The position numbers were made by a program, and so were the translations under genes. DNA of 64,000 nucleotides from Candidatus Omnitrophota bacterium (lineage in GTDB: Bacteria > Omnitrophota > Gorgyraeia > Tantalellales > Tantalellaceae). Positions 37,001 to 47,600 of the stretch are shown here, in pieces. Below the pieces are notes generated by a model. That model was given only the letters and a program-made list of their open reading frames with translations. It was not told where the DNA came from and did no database searches. Each line of letters starts with the position of its first letter. The first letter of the stretch is position 1. Location: contig WJMH01000015.1 in the NCBI GenBank assembly GCA_014728045.1, forward strand, positions 22,479-86,478, written 5' to 3'.

Positions 37001-40000
37001 TGGACGGGTCTATCTGAAGAGCCCTCAGGATGGTCTCTGCCTCTTCGGCACTCTGCACATATTCTCTCCTCGTTCTTTCGAACTGGCTGACCCTTTCCTG
37101 GAGGTCCATGTATTCCTTTTCAAGTTCGGCCGCGTCCTCCCTGACCTGGAGCATGTCAATGATGCCCCTGGCCCTCTGGACCATGTTGTCAAGAACCGTA
37201 TCCGCTGCCATCTGCGTCACCGTGGCCAGCTCGCCCCTGTTGAGAGCTCCTCCTTCCTCTATTGCGGTACGCATTATCCTGTCCGCCCTTGCGATTGAAT
37301 CACGGGCTATGGCCGCGTTCACCTGGTATTGGTTCTTTGCCGACTCGATCTGTTGCTTTATATCGCGTCCCAGCTGATCTTCTCTGTTAAGAAAATTCAT
37401 AACTTCTTTTTTCATGCGACTGGTGGCAGCACTGTCCTTATTGGTCGCATCCGTTATCCTTGAAAGCATCTCCTCGAGCCCCTCCTCTCCGAAATAGCCC
37501 TGGTAGGCTTTATGCAGGGAGAGGAGGTCTTTGGTCCTTCCGTACTCGTCAAGATCAGCCTGCACGCTGTCGAAGGCCTTCCTCAAGACCGCCATATCTA
37601 TCATATGAAGAAGCCTGGGGTCACCGCTGTCAATGGCCTCATCCCGACCCGCAGCCATGTCCATCATTAGCCCCATGACCCTCTGGAATCCCTCTCTGTC
37701 GGCGGCGCGTCGCTGGTCCGCCTCAGCCTGGGACTTTTCATAAGCTACCCTTAACCCCCCCGGCAGTGCCGCCAGCTCTTTCTCAGAGGGCCTCTCAACG
37801 GGCAAAGTGTACCTCCTGAACGAGCCCCAGTCCTTCGCGGCCAGCCCCTTTTCGATAAGCGCCTCAGAGAACTGTTCGGAGAACCTTATCCGGTTGACGT
37901 CCTGCTCCAGCTTGGCGATCTCATGCTCGTATCTTTGCACCTTGTCCGGCCCCAGGAAATCGGAACTATCGAACTGTATAAGATATGTAAGCCCCTTGGC
38001 CCTTGCCTGGCTGAAGGTCTCCCCGAACCGGTCATGGAGCGGAAGCTTGTTGTATACATGTTCCTTCCCCAGAGACCTGTCCATCCAGTAATATACTCCC
38101 AGCATTTTGAGCAGCGCGTCCCTCAGCGCGGGAACGGCCTCCTCCGCTTCGGCGAGCATGCGCGAGTACTTGTCCACCCACGCTTGTTCCTTTTCAGCGG
38201 TCCGTATCCTTGCGCGGGTCCTCTCTACCCGGTTACGCAGGTTCCTGGCCCGCTGTTCCATGACCTCGTAGAGCATTCTCTCAAAAACCTTCGTTGCCTT
38301 GGCCAGAACGATGGGCTTGCGCCAGGGATGCAGGCTCAGGCTCCCGAACTGATCCCGCCAGGGCCCGGGCTTATCGGCAGAGCCCTGCATGCTCCAGGCG
38401 AGCCTGTTGACGTTGGAGATGGCGTCTCCGTAATTATCGATTATCTCCTGCACATCGGCGCTCCTGGAATCCATATCTTTAACGCTCTCTGCCGCGGCGG
38501 CAAGAAGGGCTATCCTGCCCGATGTATTCTTGTACTTATTGCCAACGAGCATCTCCAGCTGTTTTTCGAGATATTCAAGCTCCCTGTCGTTCATCTCATC
38601 CAGGGACCTTACGCGCATAAGGTCCTTCCGGCTGGTCGCCGGGCTTTCAGCGGCCAGCCTGCTTAGAACACCTCTGGCCGTCTGCATTTCCTGGGGCGTG
38701 GCCGGAAGAAGCATATCCACGGCCATTTCGTAAGGATATGACTCGGCGGGAATTATTTCAGGCTCCAATATACCCTCGGCGGGTTCGGTCTCGGCCAGCT
38801 CGATCTGGTTCACTTCATCGAGGGAGATAACGTTCATGAACCTGTCGGCGACCTCGGCCGGACCACCCAGATTCTCTGAAAGCGCTTCCATCTCGTGGTC
38901 GCTAAGTCCGAAATAGAGTTTTACCACCTCAACCAGGTCCTGTGCGTTATCATATGTACCCATCAGGTTGAAAGCTTCCCTGCGCGCGCGTACCATTGCC
39001 CCGACAAGGTTCTTGGCGTTCTTTGCCTGCTCGGTATTGACTTGGACCGCGCGGGTTATTTTCATGACAAGGCCTTTTTTACCTATCTGGTCGCCCGGCT
39101 TGACCGAATCATCTTTACTCCCGTAGGGCTCTGCGGTTATCTTCTTAAGATGCTTGTCAGCGAGGTTCTCGCCAAAAAGAGCCTTGAACTCTTCATCGGA
39201 ATAGCCCCTTTCCTGGACGACGGACATGGTGACGTCCGTTACGCGCCCGTCCTGGACATCCAGGTCGAACTCGACCTGGCCCAGACGGAAAGCTCCCGCG
39301 TTATACGCCGCGAGGCTCATGCCCGCGGTCATTATGTTAAGATCGTTCATCACCGTGTACTTGTAGGTCTGGGCTTCCGCCGGCGTAAGGCGGTCCTCAC
39401 CTGGCTGCCGGGCGGCCCGTTCTATATTATCAATCATCTGCTCCCTGATGCCTTCCAGGAGCCTCGCGTAAAGCCCTTTATTGAGTTTCCCGTCTATCGT
39501 ACACAGCTGGGCCAGTTCGTGGAGTTTGCCCAGAAGACCGTTATTGGCAGGAACACGCGTGAACGCGTCCATGAACTTTTCCGCGGCGGCCGTGTTATCG
39601 GCTACTTCCGTCATGGTCATTACCGCCGCTTCCGGGGTAGAGAAATCCACACCGGTATAATCATGAAAAGCGATGTTATCGGCGATCCTTCTCTTCCCGT
39701 CCGCCCCGAAAAGACCTGTGAACAGGCTGTCGGCATCCTCGGTATTCAGATATTTGGTCGCCGCCGCTCCGTGACCGGCTTTAAGGTCCTCTACATCACC
39801 GAATATACCCAGCCCGGCGTTGGCGTTCCTGATATTGCCGGCCATCGCGTCATGCATCATAAGGGCCACCCTCGCCTCAAGCAAGAGTTCCGGCGTAATG
39901 AAACGGCTTTCGTATTCCTCCTGGCTTATCCTGCCGGCCTTGCGCGCCTCGGCCAGTTCAGCGTTATAGCTTCTGGCCATGGCATCCACCTTGTCGGAGT

Positions 40001-43000
40001 TCATGATCGCGTGTATCGCGCCGTTGGAGCCCCTTAACCTGTTACCTCCGGAACCGTAAGCGAGACTTACCGTGACGGGGTTGCCGTCGGCGTCGGTCAC
40101 GACACGCCCGTCTTCATCGGTCACGGCGACTTCCTGGACGCCCCCTTTCTGCAAAACGTACATATTGAGAGAGTAACTGAGTAGATCCACGAACTTCCTA
40201 ACGTCACTTTCCCGGAGGGGCTTGTCCATGCGGCCCATGAGGTAGAGGTCTATCATCCTTTCGAGGGATTCCCTGATCATGTACCCCTCGTCACGGGCGG
40301 TCCGGTCGTATCTTAACAGCCCCCTTGTATCATATATATTGAGTATCCCGTCTATAGAAGTGGCGAGCGCGTTCTTAAGACCCTCCAGGTTCTTCCTTCT
40401 TTCGCCGGCACGGTCGAAGAGCTCAGAGTCCCTTCTGACCCGCCGCGCTATAGCATCGCCGTAGCCTATCGGCATCATCTGCAGCTTCTTCTGGAGGTCC
40501 TCTATCTCGCTTTCTTCGGTCATTTCAACGTTGATCAGAGTATTGAGCGTCTTGAAATCAAGTTCATCTTTTTTGATATCGACACGCGAAAGCGCAGGAT
40601 CCGTTATCCGGGACCTGTTGACCCTGAAAGCGACCTGCTTCTTTTTTTCATCCATCAGGTCCTTGAGTATGGGAACTATAGACTTGCGGTAGGCGGTCTC
40701 CAAAGCCTCCATGAGCTCGCTGAGATCAGCGGCTCCCTTTTCCATCAGTTCCTCTATCCGGTCTATCGCCTCGTCCCTCCTCTTTTTATCCTTCTCGTCC
40801 CTGAACCTGGTCTTTTTAACCTCGTCCAGGGCTTCCTGGAGGATGGACTCAAGTTCCTCTCCCGAAGGCATCCTCTCCACCGTTACTATGCCTTCGGATA
40901 TCAGACTCTCCAGAGCCGAGAACTGTTCCCGGCCTATGGGGCCCACCACCGAGAACTTGGCGGAATGTGTCTCCCGGCGTCTTTGTTCCTGACGGTCTTC
41001 CACGACTGCGTCTATGGCCTCGAAAAAAGCCTTCTCAAGATCAGGCCTTCCCTTGAAGGCCTCATCCAGGGCGTCTTCTGTCATGACAAGAACCCTCATC
41101 GGGGTATCGGCGACGACATCAGCGTTCCTGCGCGTCCTGTGTACCAGAGCTATCTCGCCTACCATCTGCCCGGCGCCGTTATCCGTCTGGAAGACGGTGT
41201 TCTTGGTCCTGCTCCCTATGAGCGGATAATCCACCCTGTACCCCCCAGAAAGCACGAAATACGCGGAATTATCATCCGGAGTTCCCGCCTTGATAAAGGT
41301 CTCCCCGGGCTGTATATATGTAACGCCCAGGTTTTCGCTCATTCTTCTGACGAGTTCATCACGGTCTTCCCGGGAAAGCGAATTGAAAAAGACATTGAGA
41401 TCAGAACCTTCTACCTGAAAAGCATTCTCTATGACTTCAAGGGATTCACCGTAATCGACGACCCCCATCCTGTTCCTGCCGCTTGCCAGAAGCTGTTCCT
41501 GCTCGCGGGAGAGGCCCCGGTCACGCACCAGCCGCTGAAGGGCATCCGCTATGTCCTGCGCCGCGTCGATCTTGCCGTCCTGGAAACTGCTCCTCAGCCT
41601 CTCAAGCGAAGTGGATAATTTGCTTATCTTGACCGGGCTGAGCCCGGGCCGGTTCTGCCTGCCCTCGGCCATGGCGGGAAGGATATCTTCCTTTACACGG
41701 GCGATCTCAGAGGCTATCTCAGCGTCGTTCAAAAGCCCCTTGACCATGTCGCCTATCTCCATGCGCGTGTTAAGGAAGAAATCATCCAGCTCCTTCTGTA
41801 TTTCGGCCTTTCTCTCCTTCTGGAACTGTGAACTGAGTGAATTCACCGTTCTCTGGAGTCCGTTCAGGAAGTTTACCAGGCCCACAAGTTCGTCAGCGGC
41901 TTTCTGTTTGTCATCCTCTTGTCTAAGTCTGCGCGCCAAGGTATATACCAGGTTACTGGCGGTGGATGAAGCAAATGAATCGATCTTGTCGGAGTATCCT
42001 GTCATCGCGTAATCATCCAAGGTGCGGCAGAGACTTTTTGCGGAGGTGATCAGGCCCTCGCTCTCCAGCTGGCGCCTTATAGCGGGCAGCATCTTTGAAG
42101 TAAGCTTAAGACCTCCTTCCAGAGGCGCGGTATAGTCCCTGTCCACTTCGAGCCTTTCTTCGGCTTCCATCTGCCAGACGGCGGCGGTCACCAGTTCACC
42201 CGCCTCATCCGGTTTCTTAAGCGGAGTCTCATCCGCGAGAAGTTTATCCCGCCTGTCATTAGCGCGATAGGCCTGTTCAACCTGCTCTGCGAGTATATGG
42301 TCGCCGTAGATGCCGCCGACTATTTCATGGAGGATAACGCTTCGCCCGTCCCTGCCGATCCTGCCGTCCGCGTTCTGGTACTTTGCGTTTATGCGTATAC
42401 CGTAACCGCCCGGAGTACCTTCGAAATTCACCCCTTCAACTGTACGTACAAGGGGAAGTCCCGTGAGAACACTGTTGCCGGTAAGTCCTTTTACTATCTC
42501 TTCGACATCAGGGGAGATGCCCATCGCTTCGAGAAAGGGAAGCAGGTCGTTATTTATTATATCGTCAAGTTCCCCTTCGGGGATGTCCTTGAAGCTTTCG
42601 GGAGCCTGCAGGCTAATAGCTTCCATCTGCTGGTCTGTCTCGCGTTCATGTACCCGGTGGAGGAGTTCCCGGAGGGGCATGGTAATGGGCCTTCCCTTCT
42701 TCATCCTGAGGACAAGATCCTCTCCCTTTCTTTCGATACCTACGATCTCGTTGCCCTCGGCGATAGCCTTCTGGTTCTGGGTGACCACGATCACGGCCGC
42801 CTTGAAAGCGTCTATGCTCCTTCGATCCCATACGTCCTCTCCCAGCGGAGAGAGAAAACTCGCCACCTGTATGAGTGAAGCCTCGCTCAGGATCCGGTAC
42901 ATCTTCTCGTAGGTGCCGGAGATCTTCCCCGAAAGAAGGTCGAAATACGGGCATTCGTACCCCTTTTCGTTCTTGAAGTCCGGAATTATCGAAACATAGG

Positions 43001-44489
43001 ATATATCCTCCTGCTTATACAGGTCACAGAGGTTCTCCGTGTGGAAACCTCCCGTTACGACTATTGCGGCCTGTTTCCCGCGGTCGGTGAAATTTATGTT
43101 CTCCAGGAAAGCTTCGTCCCTGCCGAAAGAGTATTCGTAGAAACGCTCAAGATCGGCGCGGTATCTGTCAAGTTGCCGGGACTCTTCGGGCGAGCGGACG
43201 GAGATATTATAAACGGGGGCCTTCTCATCTATAAAGGAAGAAAAATTATTTACCCTGAAAGCGTCCCTGTTCTGCTTGTAATACTTGTAATCCTCTTTGG
43301 TCAGGCTCAACGCGAAAAGGTTCTTCATCAGGGTAAGATTCCTGGAAAGCCCGTTAAGGCGCCTCTGTTCATTGTTCTGGTAAAGATTGGATTTAAGATC
43401 CGCTTCTATGCGGTCCATCTCCTCCATCACTGCGAACCTGTCCGCAGCGTGGTAAAGGGTAATATAAACTATATATTTCTGGAGGTCGGGATATTCATCC
43501 AGCGATATATCGGCGAGTTTGGCCTTTTTTACCAAAAAATCATAGAACTCGAACTGTGATATCTTTTTAACCTTGAAGTCTATGGTCTTCATCACCAGCT
43601 CATCAAGCGCCTTCCTGGAAAGCATTCTCTCGAGCTGGTCAACAAGAAGATCCCTCTGCGTGTTAGCCGCCTGGAAGTCAATGCCCCCCTCCTGGTTCAG
43701 GGACTGGTAAAGCAGGTAGATATTGGGATAATCCTTGGGATCTATCATCTGCTCTTTGGCTTTCTGCATGAGAAAGCTTAAGTAGTCCTTGAACTGAAGC
43801 TCCCCCTGTTTGTAGGCTTCGTATCGGGTATCCACTTCAAGAAGCTGGGGGGTATAAATGCTCTTTTTAAGAAGGTCCATAACCCGGCTTATGCCCCCCA
43901 AGAGCTCTTTCGCCTGTTCCTTGTAATCCTCCGACTCCCAATAGACCGAGATATTGTTCATGTAAAGGACCGGGTCTTCTATTCCCCAGAGCCTGACATC
44001 GAAGGGATGGTTGACCGCATAGTATTCAGGACCACTTACAAGTCCCTGTTTTACAAAGTGGTCCGCGACCTTCTCGCGTATCACCCTGTCGGCAATACCG
44101 GTAAAAATAGATAGATCGTATTCCCCGACACCGCCTTCAAGATTGATATCGGTAATACCGTATTCTTTTACAAGATAGGAGATTATCTCGGATATCTTTT
44201 TCTGAGCGCCGTAGTTACAATGCGCATCCTGTATGTGGATTATGAGTTTATCGGAATCGGCATTATGGGTGAATTTCATGGTCCCCAGATGCTGAGGAAC
44301 GGTAAAGGTCTCAACGTTAAGTGGGGCGAACTGCTGCTCAGGCGCGCTCAATACGGAGAATACCGGTTCGGGCACCTCCGCAACAGCACCAGCATCTTTA
44401 ACGGAAAAGCTAGTCATGAAGACTACTATCACGATCAGTGAAGTGATCTTTTTCGCGACCGTATGTGCTTTTTTAATGCCCCATAACAT
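34071..44489 (-). CDS. giant secreted/anchored acidic helical protein B (3472 aa) with embedded cNMP-binding-like segment, function unknown
   Basis: Uninterrupted 10.4-kb ORF. ATG 44489 is preceded by AGAGAGGA with 5-nt spacing. N-terminal signal/anchor (KKITSLIVIVVFMTSFSV). Segment aa ~1025-1160 matches the CAP-family cNMP-binding pattern (..GETFIKAGTPDDNSAYFVLSGGYRV..GQMVGEIALVHRTRRNADVVADTPMRVLVM). C-terminal region has an NYLLGFNT..IFHEM..GHE module shared with gene A. Confidence 0.85.
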   Translation of the reverse strand: MLWGIKKAHTVAKKITSLIVIVVFMTSFSVKDAGAVAEVPEPVFSVLSAPEQQFAPLNVETFTVPQHLGTMKFTHNADSDKLIIHIQDAHCNYGAQKKISEIISYLVKEYGITDINLEGGVGEYDLSIFTGIADRVIREKVADHFVKQGLVSGPEYYAVNHPFDVRLWGIEDPVLYMNNISVYWESEDYKEQAKELLGGISRVMDLLKKSIYTPQLLEVDTRYEAYKQGELQFKDYLSFLMQKAKEQMIDPKDYPNIYLLYQSLNQEGGIDFQAANTQRDLLVDQLERMLSRKALDELVMKTIDFKVKKISQFEFYDFLVKKAKLADISLDEYPDLQKYIVYITLYHAADRFAVMEEMDRIEADLKSNLYQNNEQRRLNGLSRNLTLMKNLFALSLTKEDYKYYKQNRDAFRVNNFSSFIDEKAPVYNISVRSPEESRQLDRYRADLERFYEYSFGRDEAFLENINFTDRGKQAAIVVTGGFHTENLCDLYKQEDISYVSIIPDFKNEKGYECPYFDLLSGKISGTYEKMYRILSEASLIQVASFLSPLGEDVWDRRSIDAFKAAVIVVTQNQKAIAEGNEIVGIERKGEDLVLRMKKGRPITMPLRELLHRVHERETDQQMEAISLQAPESFKDIPEGELDDIINNDLLPFLEAMGISPDVEEIVKGLTGNSVLTGLPLVRTVEGVNFEGTPGGYGIRINAKYQNADGRIGRDGRSVILHEIVGGIYGDHILAEQVEQAYRANDRRDKLLADETPLKKPDEAGELVTAAVWQMEAEERLEVDRDYTAPLEGGLKLTSKMLPAIRRQLESEGLITSAKSLCRTLDDYAMTGYSDKIDSFASSTASNLVYTLARRLRQEDDKQKAADELVGLVNFLNGLQRTVNSLSSQFQKERKAEIQKELDDFFLNTRMEIGDMVKGLLNDAEIASEIARVKEDILPAMAEGRQNRPGLSPVKISKLSTSLERLRSSFQDGKIDAAQDIADALQRLVRDRGLSREQEQLLASGRNRMGVVDYGESLEVIENAFQVEGSDLNVFFNSLSREDRDELVRRMSENLGVTYIQPGETFIKAGTPDDNSAYFVLSGGYRVDYPLIGSRTKNTVFQTDNGAGQMVGEIALVHRTRRNADVVADTPMRVLVMTEDALDEAFKGRPDLEKAFFEAIDAVVEDRQEQRRRETHSAKFSVVGPIGREQFSALESLISEGIVTVERMPSGEELESILQEALDEVKKTRFRDEKDKKRRDEAIDRIEELMEKGAADLSELMEALETAYRKSIVPILKDLMDEKKKQVAFRVNRSRITDPALSRVDIKKDELDFKTLNTLINVEMTEESEIEDLQKKLQMMPIGYGDAIARRVRRDSELFDRAGERRKNLEGLKNALATSIDGILNIYDTRGLLRYDRTARDEGYMIRESLERMIDLYLMGRMDKPLRESDVRKFVDLLSYSLNMYVLQKGGVQEVAVTDEDGRVVTDADGNPVTVSLAYGSGGNRLRGSNGAIHAIMNSDKVDAMARSYNAELAEARKAGRISQEEYESRFITPELLLEARVALMMHDAMAGNIRNANAGLGIFGDVEDLKAGHGAAATKYLNTEDADSLFTGLFGADGKRRIADNIAFHDYTGVDFSTPEAAVMTMTEVADNTAAAEKFMDAFTRVPANNGLLGKLHELAQLCTIDGKLNKGLYARLLEGIREQMIDNIERAARQPGEDRLTPAEAQTYKYTVMNDLNIMTAGMSLAAYNAGAFRLGQVEFDLDVQDGRVTDVTMSVVQERGYSDEEFKALFGENLADKHLKKITAEPYGSKDDSVKPGDQIGKKGLVMKITRAVQVNTEQAKNAKNLVGAMVRARREAFNLMGTYDNAQDLVEVVKLYFGLSDHEMEALSENLGGPAEVADRFMNVISLDEVNQIELAETEPAEGILEPEIIPAESYPYEMAVDMLLPATPQEMQTARGVLSRLAAESPATSRKDLMRVRSLDEMNDRELEYLEKQLEMLVGNKYKNTSGRIALLAAAAESVKDMDSRSADVQEIIDNYGDAISNVNRLAWSMQGSADKPGPWRDQFGSLSLHPWRKPIVLAKATKVFERMLYEVMEQRARNLRNRVERTRARIRTAEKEQAWVDKYSRMLAEAEEAVPALRDALLKMLGVYYWMDRSLGKEHVYNKLPLHDRFGETFSQARAKGLTYLIQFDSSDFLGPDKVQRYEHEIAKLEQDVNRIRFSEQFSEALIEKGLAAKDWGSFRRYTLPVERPSEKELAALPGGLRVAYEKSQAEADQRRAADREGFQRVMGLMMDMAAGRDEAIDSGDPRLLHMIDMAVLRKAFDSVQADLDEYGRTKDLLSLHKAYQGYFGEEGLEEMLSRITDATNKDSAATSRMKKEVMNFLNREDQLGRDIKQQIESAKNQYQVNAAIARDSIARADRIMRTAIEEGGALNRGELATVTQMAADTVLDNMVQRARGIIDMLQVREDAAELEKEYMDLQERVSQFERTRREYVQSAEEAETILRALQIDPSTDLGGELSVLDINELKERINLADRLGYDIFLGRGLNMLALSSNELDMRMARKRAYDISTSTEEAIQSLTGREVKPFSGYAEEGGYATLKSFVNKLVSWGVDIYGDKAPVYLFKSNPSTVDARKEIIDKYGLQTNYLTLTSGQDALLKEAFGNASTLEEALEIIRQAQEEDAPEMAETVNEVHNAMLAELNRLKGMGLDEAQSRKMLDEMKGENYGFDSLKGSIGVTLIRRLAVNVASSTPQVFSFLNKSLIGLNRYSLRLSPDQVIAALGDLEKSVEDGGYGFDIYRGEGLDFFNSNLPLVLRAVQLTEQQMDSQLEKGQFGLPNGWKRRLEGMTDRLAVEEYDNFVKTDAGKKTLQLSMRDAGIQDPAAELRGMNREAVDKGLKVLGATRERIVDLTQYRHQQEIMDQPMVDQGIENTEMIKMLENYLNVAMGPDSAKSERLQELEMTNPELFRAVQVRLEKAHLEALRDAGKPYQPYRVGDIDPVTRAIADLKQQTEAIRDKVAPASQVKIPKVMVGHGELADRMDQVRTEKELKDLVGEKMDMTQAMRTKINLAFNKLYEKMRSGGLPDNDPGLMALVENMVGDLEMGDEERALHRSAVINNIYLFNAKVEGEENYLLGFNTGDDPGLDPAIAGNIGLSAELVETLDEMELAEFIFHEMYEMDYGHEEIYGKTDRANSLQGKIFGRNTLKDKFRNFINMEARKFQLASLTEIGMMPGEAAEMVASGETGEAPQGDNAATRQVLAIGAGEEIERRSDPVRMVVGVVYNLEDHQTYQSVESGVREMNSELKAKFGEKPDNQQIITYKIIPGDTDATAKEYLKALERATRTLPEGGRIVSYTPQMEGLEMAEVVNENDLFKEYRANENVTFVKDAYTDGLDPETGRMRPPDIAVRFVLARQIAFCLNATNPDARRMGIDYIKDLLTRISGKEAADQLAGVEDINTLLDKLFLKIRAVDYEQIRDWQMMQEAVAVSL
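41010..41417 (-). other. cNMP-binding (CAP effector)-like domain inside giant protein B
   Basis: See gene B. The pattern G-E-[IL]-A-L..R[RT]A-[DT]-V-[VI]-A with the preceding beta-roll glycines is characteristic of cyclic-nucleotide-binding folds. Coordinates are approximate, derived by residue counting. Confidence 0.45.
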
Positions 44490-44680
44490 GATATCCTCTC
44501 TTAGTCTGCATCTTTTTAAAAGTTTTTATTTAGTTGCCAAAAAAAGAGTATTTCCCTATAATTTATATATAGAAAAAATACAATTTTTTAATATTATAAA
44601 TACTTCCTCTATATATAGTTTACACCTCTAAAAATCCATTTTCAAACCAATTGAGCTTACTTTTTTAAACTTTAACTGCA
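44490..44680 (-). promoter_or_regulatory. AT-rich upstream island of giant gene B (putative promoter region)
   Basis: 191 bp between the A' stop and the B start, strongly AT-rich (TATAATTTATATATAGAAAAAATACAATTTTTTAATATTATAAATAC...), with several TATAAT-like boxes. Confidence 0.4.
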
Positions 44681-47600
44681 TCAGGCCCTTGCCAGCATAA
44701 GCTTGATATTCTCCATTATATCCCTGAGTCTTTCTATCCCAAGGCTGGTAGCATCCGGGATAAGACGCAGCACCATGGCTGACCTTGTCTCCCCGAAAAG
44801 CAGATCGCGTTCGATCATGCTAAGCTCATCATAAGAAATAACATTGGGGATCGTCCTGTAGCATTCCATCAATGTTTGCCTGTCCCATCCCAGATGTCTG
44901 CCAATGGCAAAAAGCATGGTTTCAAGTACCGGCAGGTAAGCACCTTCCGGAAGGTCCGAAGAATCTATACCGGCAAGAGTAGCCCTGCCCTCGAACCTGT
45001 CGTAATACTCCAGGTTATTCTTGCTTGTTAGAACTATCAGGTTCTCCGGATCCACCGAGCCTTTTTCCGGATCGGTGAGGCTCTCCACCCTCCTGGCAAG
45101 TATCCCGCCTTCGCCTTTTATTATCTCAAGGTCCCTGAAGAACCTCTCGAGATCCTTATTGTTCTTCTCAAGATCGGGAAGAACTTCCAGTATATCCCGC
45201 ATGATGGAATTCACCCGGCCTTCGCCTATATCAAGATCCAGCGCGATCAGCACCTTTTTCTCTTTTCCGGAAAAAGCGAAAAGCGAATTCACTATCTCGT
45301 TTATAACCCTTGATGCGTTCCGGATGATGGAGGCGGCAAGGGATCTGCTTGAAGCCTTCTGTTTCTCCTCGGCCCTGCGGATCTTGCCATACTCAACGGG
45401 ATAGGCGTATCTGGCAAGTTCCAAAGCCCTCCGGGATGTCTCCGGGCCGGAAAAACACATTGAAAGAACCGACTGCTTTACGGACTTAAAATCCCCTCTA
45501 TATGCCTGGTCCAGTATCCGCTGCACCTCTTCGGGGAAAATATGCGACCTGATCCTGTCGATATGCGCGTCAACCAGATCCCGGAAACGTTCGTGAATAT
45601 TACCGTTTACCAGCCGGACCACGTCATTTGCCTCCGGATCGTCCCTGAGACCGGTATCGATGGTCTCGAGGGCGGTACTGACAAGATCGGTATTCAGCAC
45701 GTAACGGCCGAGGAATTCATCAAGCTGCACGTTTTCAAGCCTGTCCATATTGACCTTGCCCACAACCAGGTCTTCCCTGTAAAAAGCACCGATCTGCTCT
45801 TTCATGTCCAGGTATATCTTTTCCAGCTCTTTGTCGGTTATCCCGTATCCATTCGTGCTGGCGCTGGACGCCGTCACCAGATAGAACGCCATGGCAAGTT
45901 TTCTCTTCATCAACGCGTTGGAACCGATCAGGAAGAACTTTGTCTGGGTGCCCCCGGTCGCGGGGTCGTCCCCGCCAAGGCGTTTTCCCGTCCATGGGTC
46001 TATGGCGTAACCCTTTCTTCCGGCGGCTATCCAGGGCTTGCCGGGGACTTCTCCCGACGAGGTCCTGCTTACCGGGCGGGCGCCTGCGAAATACATAAGA
46101 GAAAAAAGAAACAAACCTTCGCGCATATGGTCACCGGATACGGTTATCCCGAAATCCCTTGCATCTATTATGCGCATGTTCTCGAGCTGGCCGGCGAACA
46201 GGAGCATGACCGGATACGGGGCGGGCGGGAGCCTTATGATCCTTTCACCGTTATTCTTCAGCACGGACCTATCCAGCTCATGTGGCGTCCTGGTCCGGGA
46301 TATGTAATTGACAAGCTTGGCCCTGAGGCTGTGCTCGGCGTCCACAGCCGACAGAAGCTCCCTGCCGGACCTGTGATAATCAAGCCCCATTGCCGGATAA
46401 TCCTTCGAGATCTTTTCAAGAACCATTAGCCCGGGTATGACCTCTTCTTTCAATCTCGCGATAAATCTCTCTGAGATCTCTTCTTTTGAGGCGACTTCCT
46501 CCAGTAGCAACAGCTTCACGTATGCCTGCGCGCCTATTGAAAGAGCCGAAAGGTCCAGCAGGTCATATGTCTCATCCACAATCCGCATCAGATTTTGACC
46601 GTTCTCACAAAGACGCTGGTAAAGTGGCACATCCGGAGTGTTCGAAGAAAGCTCGGCTATGAGATCCCTCTCAGCTTTCCTGCAGAACTCAAGGGCCTCT
46701 TTTTCGTCCATATCCAGGCCGAACTGGCCGAAGTAACGCAATGTACCTTCGAGGTTCTCCCCGGCACAGGCTCGCGCAACGGATTCGGCGTGCCTTCTGC
46801 CTCTGAGACCGAATTTCCTGAAATTGACCGCGGTGGACCTGCCGTTGTGACGCGCGCAGGATAATGCTAAATTCAAAATGACCTCCTGGTGGTGTTCCTC
46901 ATCAAATCCGAAATTCCGGAAATTCACGGCCACGCTCTCCGGGCTCTCGCGTGAGGCTATCTGCGCTATACCCGAGACCTCTCTGAGCTCCTTACGGGAT
47001 GCGGTGGGGTCAAGACCGAACTGGTCGAAATACAGCGCTACGCCGTGTCCGTTCTGCATCGCCGAGAGCGTGGCGATCTTCACGGCGTGAGATCTCTCAA
47101 CCAGGCCGAATCTTTTGTAATGCCGGGAAGTGCTCTCCCCGTCGCAGGAAGCGCAATGCTGTGCCAGGTCCAGGATGAGGTGCTCATGGTGTTCCGCATC
47201 AAATCCGAAATTCCGGAAATTCATGGCTGCATGACCGGCGGCGACATTTATGCATAAGAGCGCGATCTCATGGACTGTCTCCGGGTATCTGTACGGATCA
47301 AGGTTGAACTGGGAGAACGACTCAACAGTCTTCCTGGGAGACTGCCCCGCGCTCTTTAAGGCTAATCTGGCCCTGAGAGAAGCATATTCGTGCTGATCGA
47401 TATCGATACCGAATGTGCTTTTGGTAACTTCCTTGATACGGGGGTACTCTCTCGCGATAAGTCCGCCCTCTGGCACCAACCCCATAACGAAACCTACCAG
47501 GTCATCATCCCTGCCCCTCTTGAAGAAAGATGCGTACATTCCGTCCATGCCGGATCTGCGCAGAAAAGCCACCATAAGATTTACGAATAAGTGCCATCCC

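Noticed and set aside
41500-41560. Possible zinc-metalloprotease HExxH motif in giant protein B (ILHEIVGGIYGDH)
   Set aside because: The sequence is H-E-I-V-G, not HExxH, and no downstream third ligand or Met-turn context is present. The shared HEM.....GHE motif is reported separately as an unclassified module rather than a zincin.
46960-47000. Second CX5RS-like string in A' (SCARHNGRST)
   Set aside because: It occurs inside the 99-aa repeat units, without the surrounding beta-alpha P-loop context or a downstream DP loop, so it is likely a coincidental match to the short pattern.
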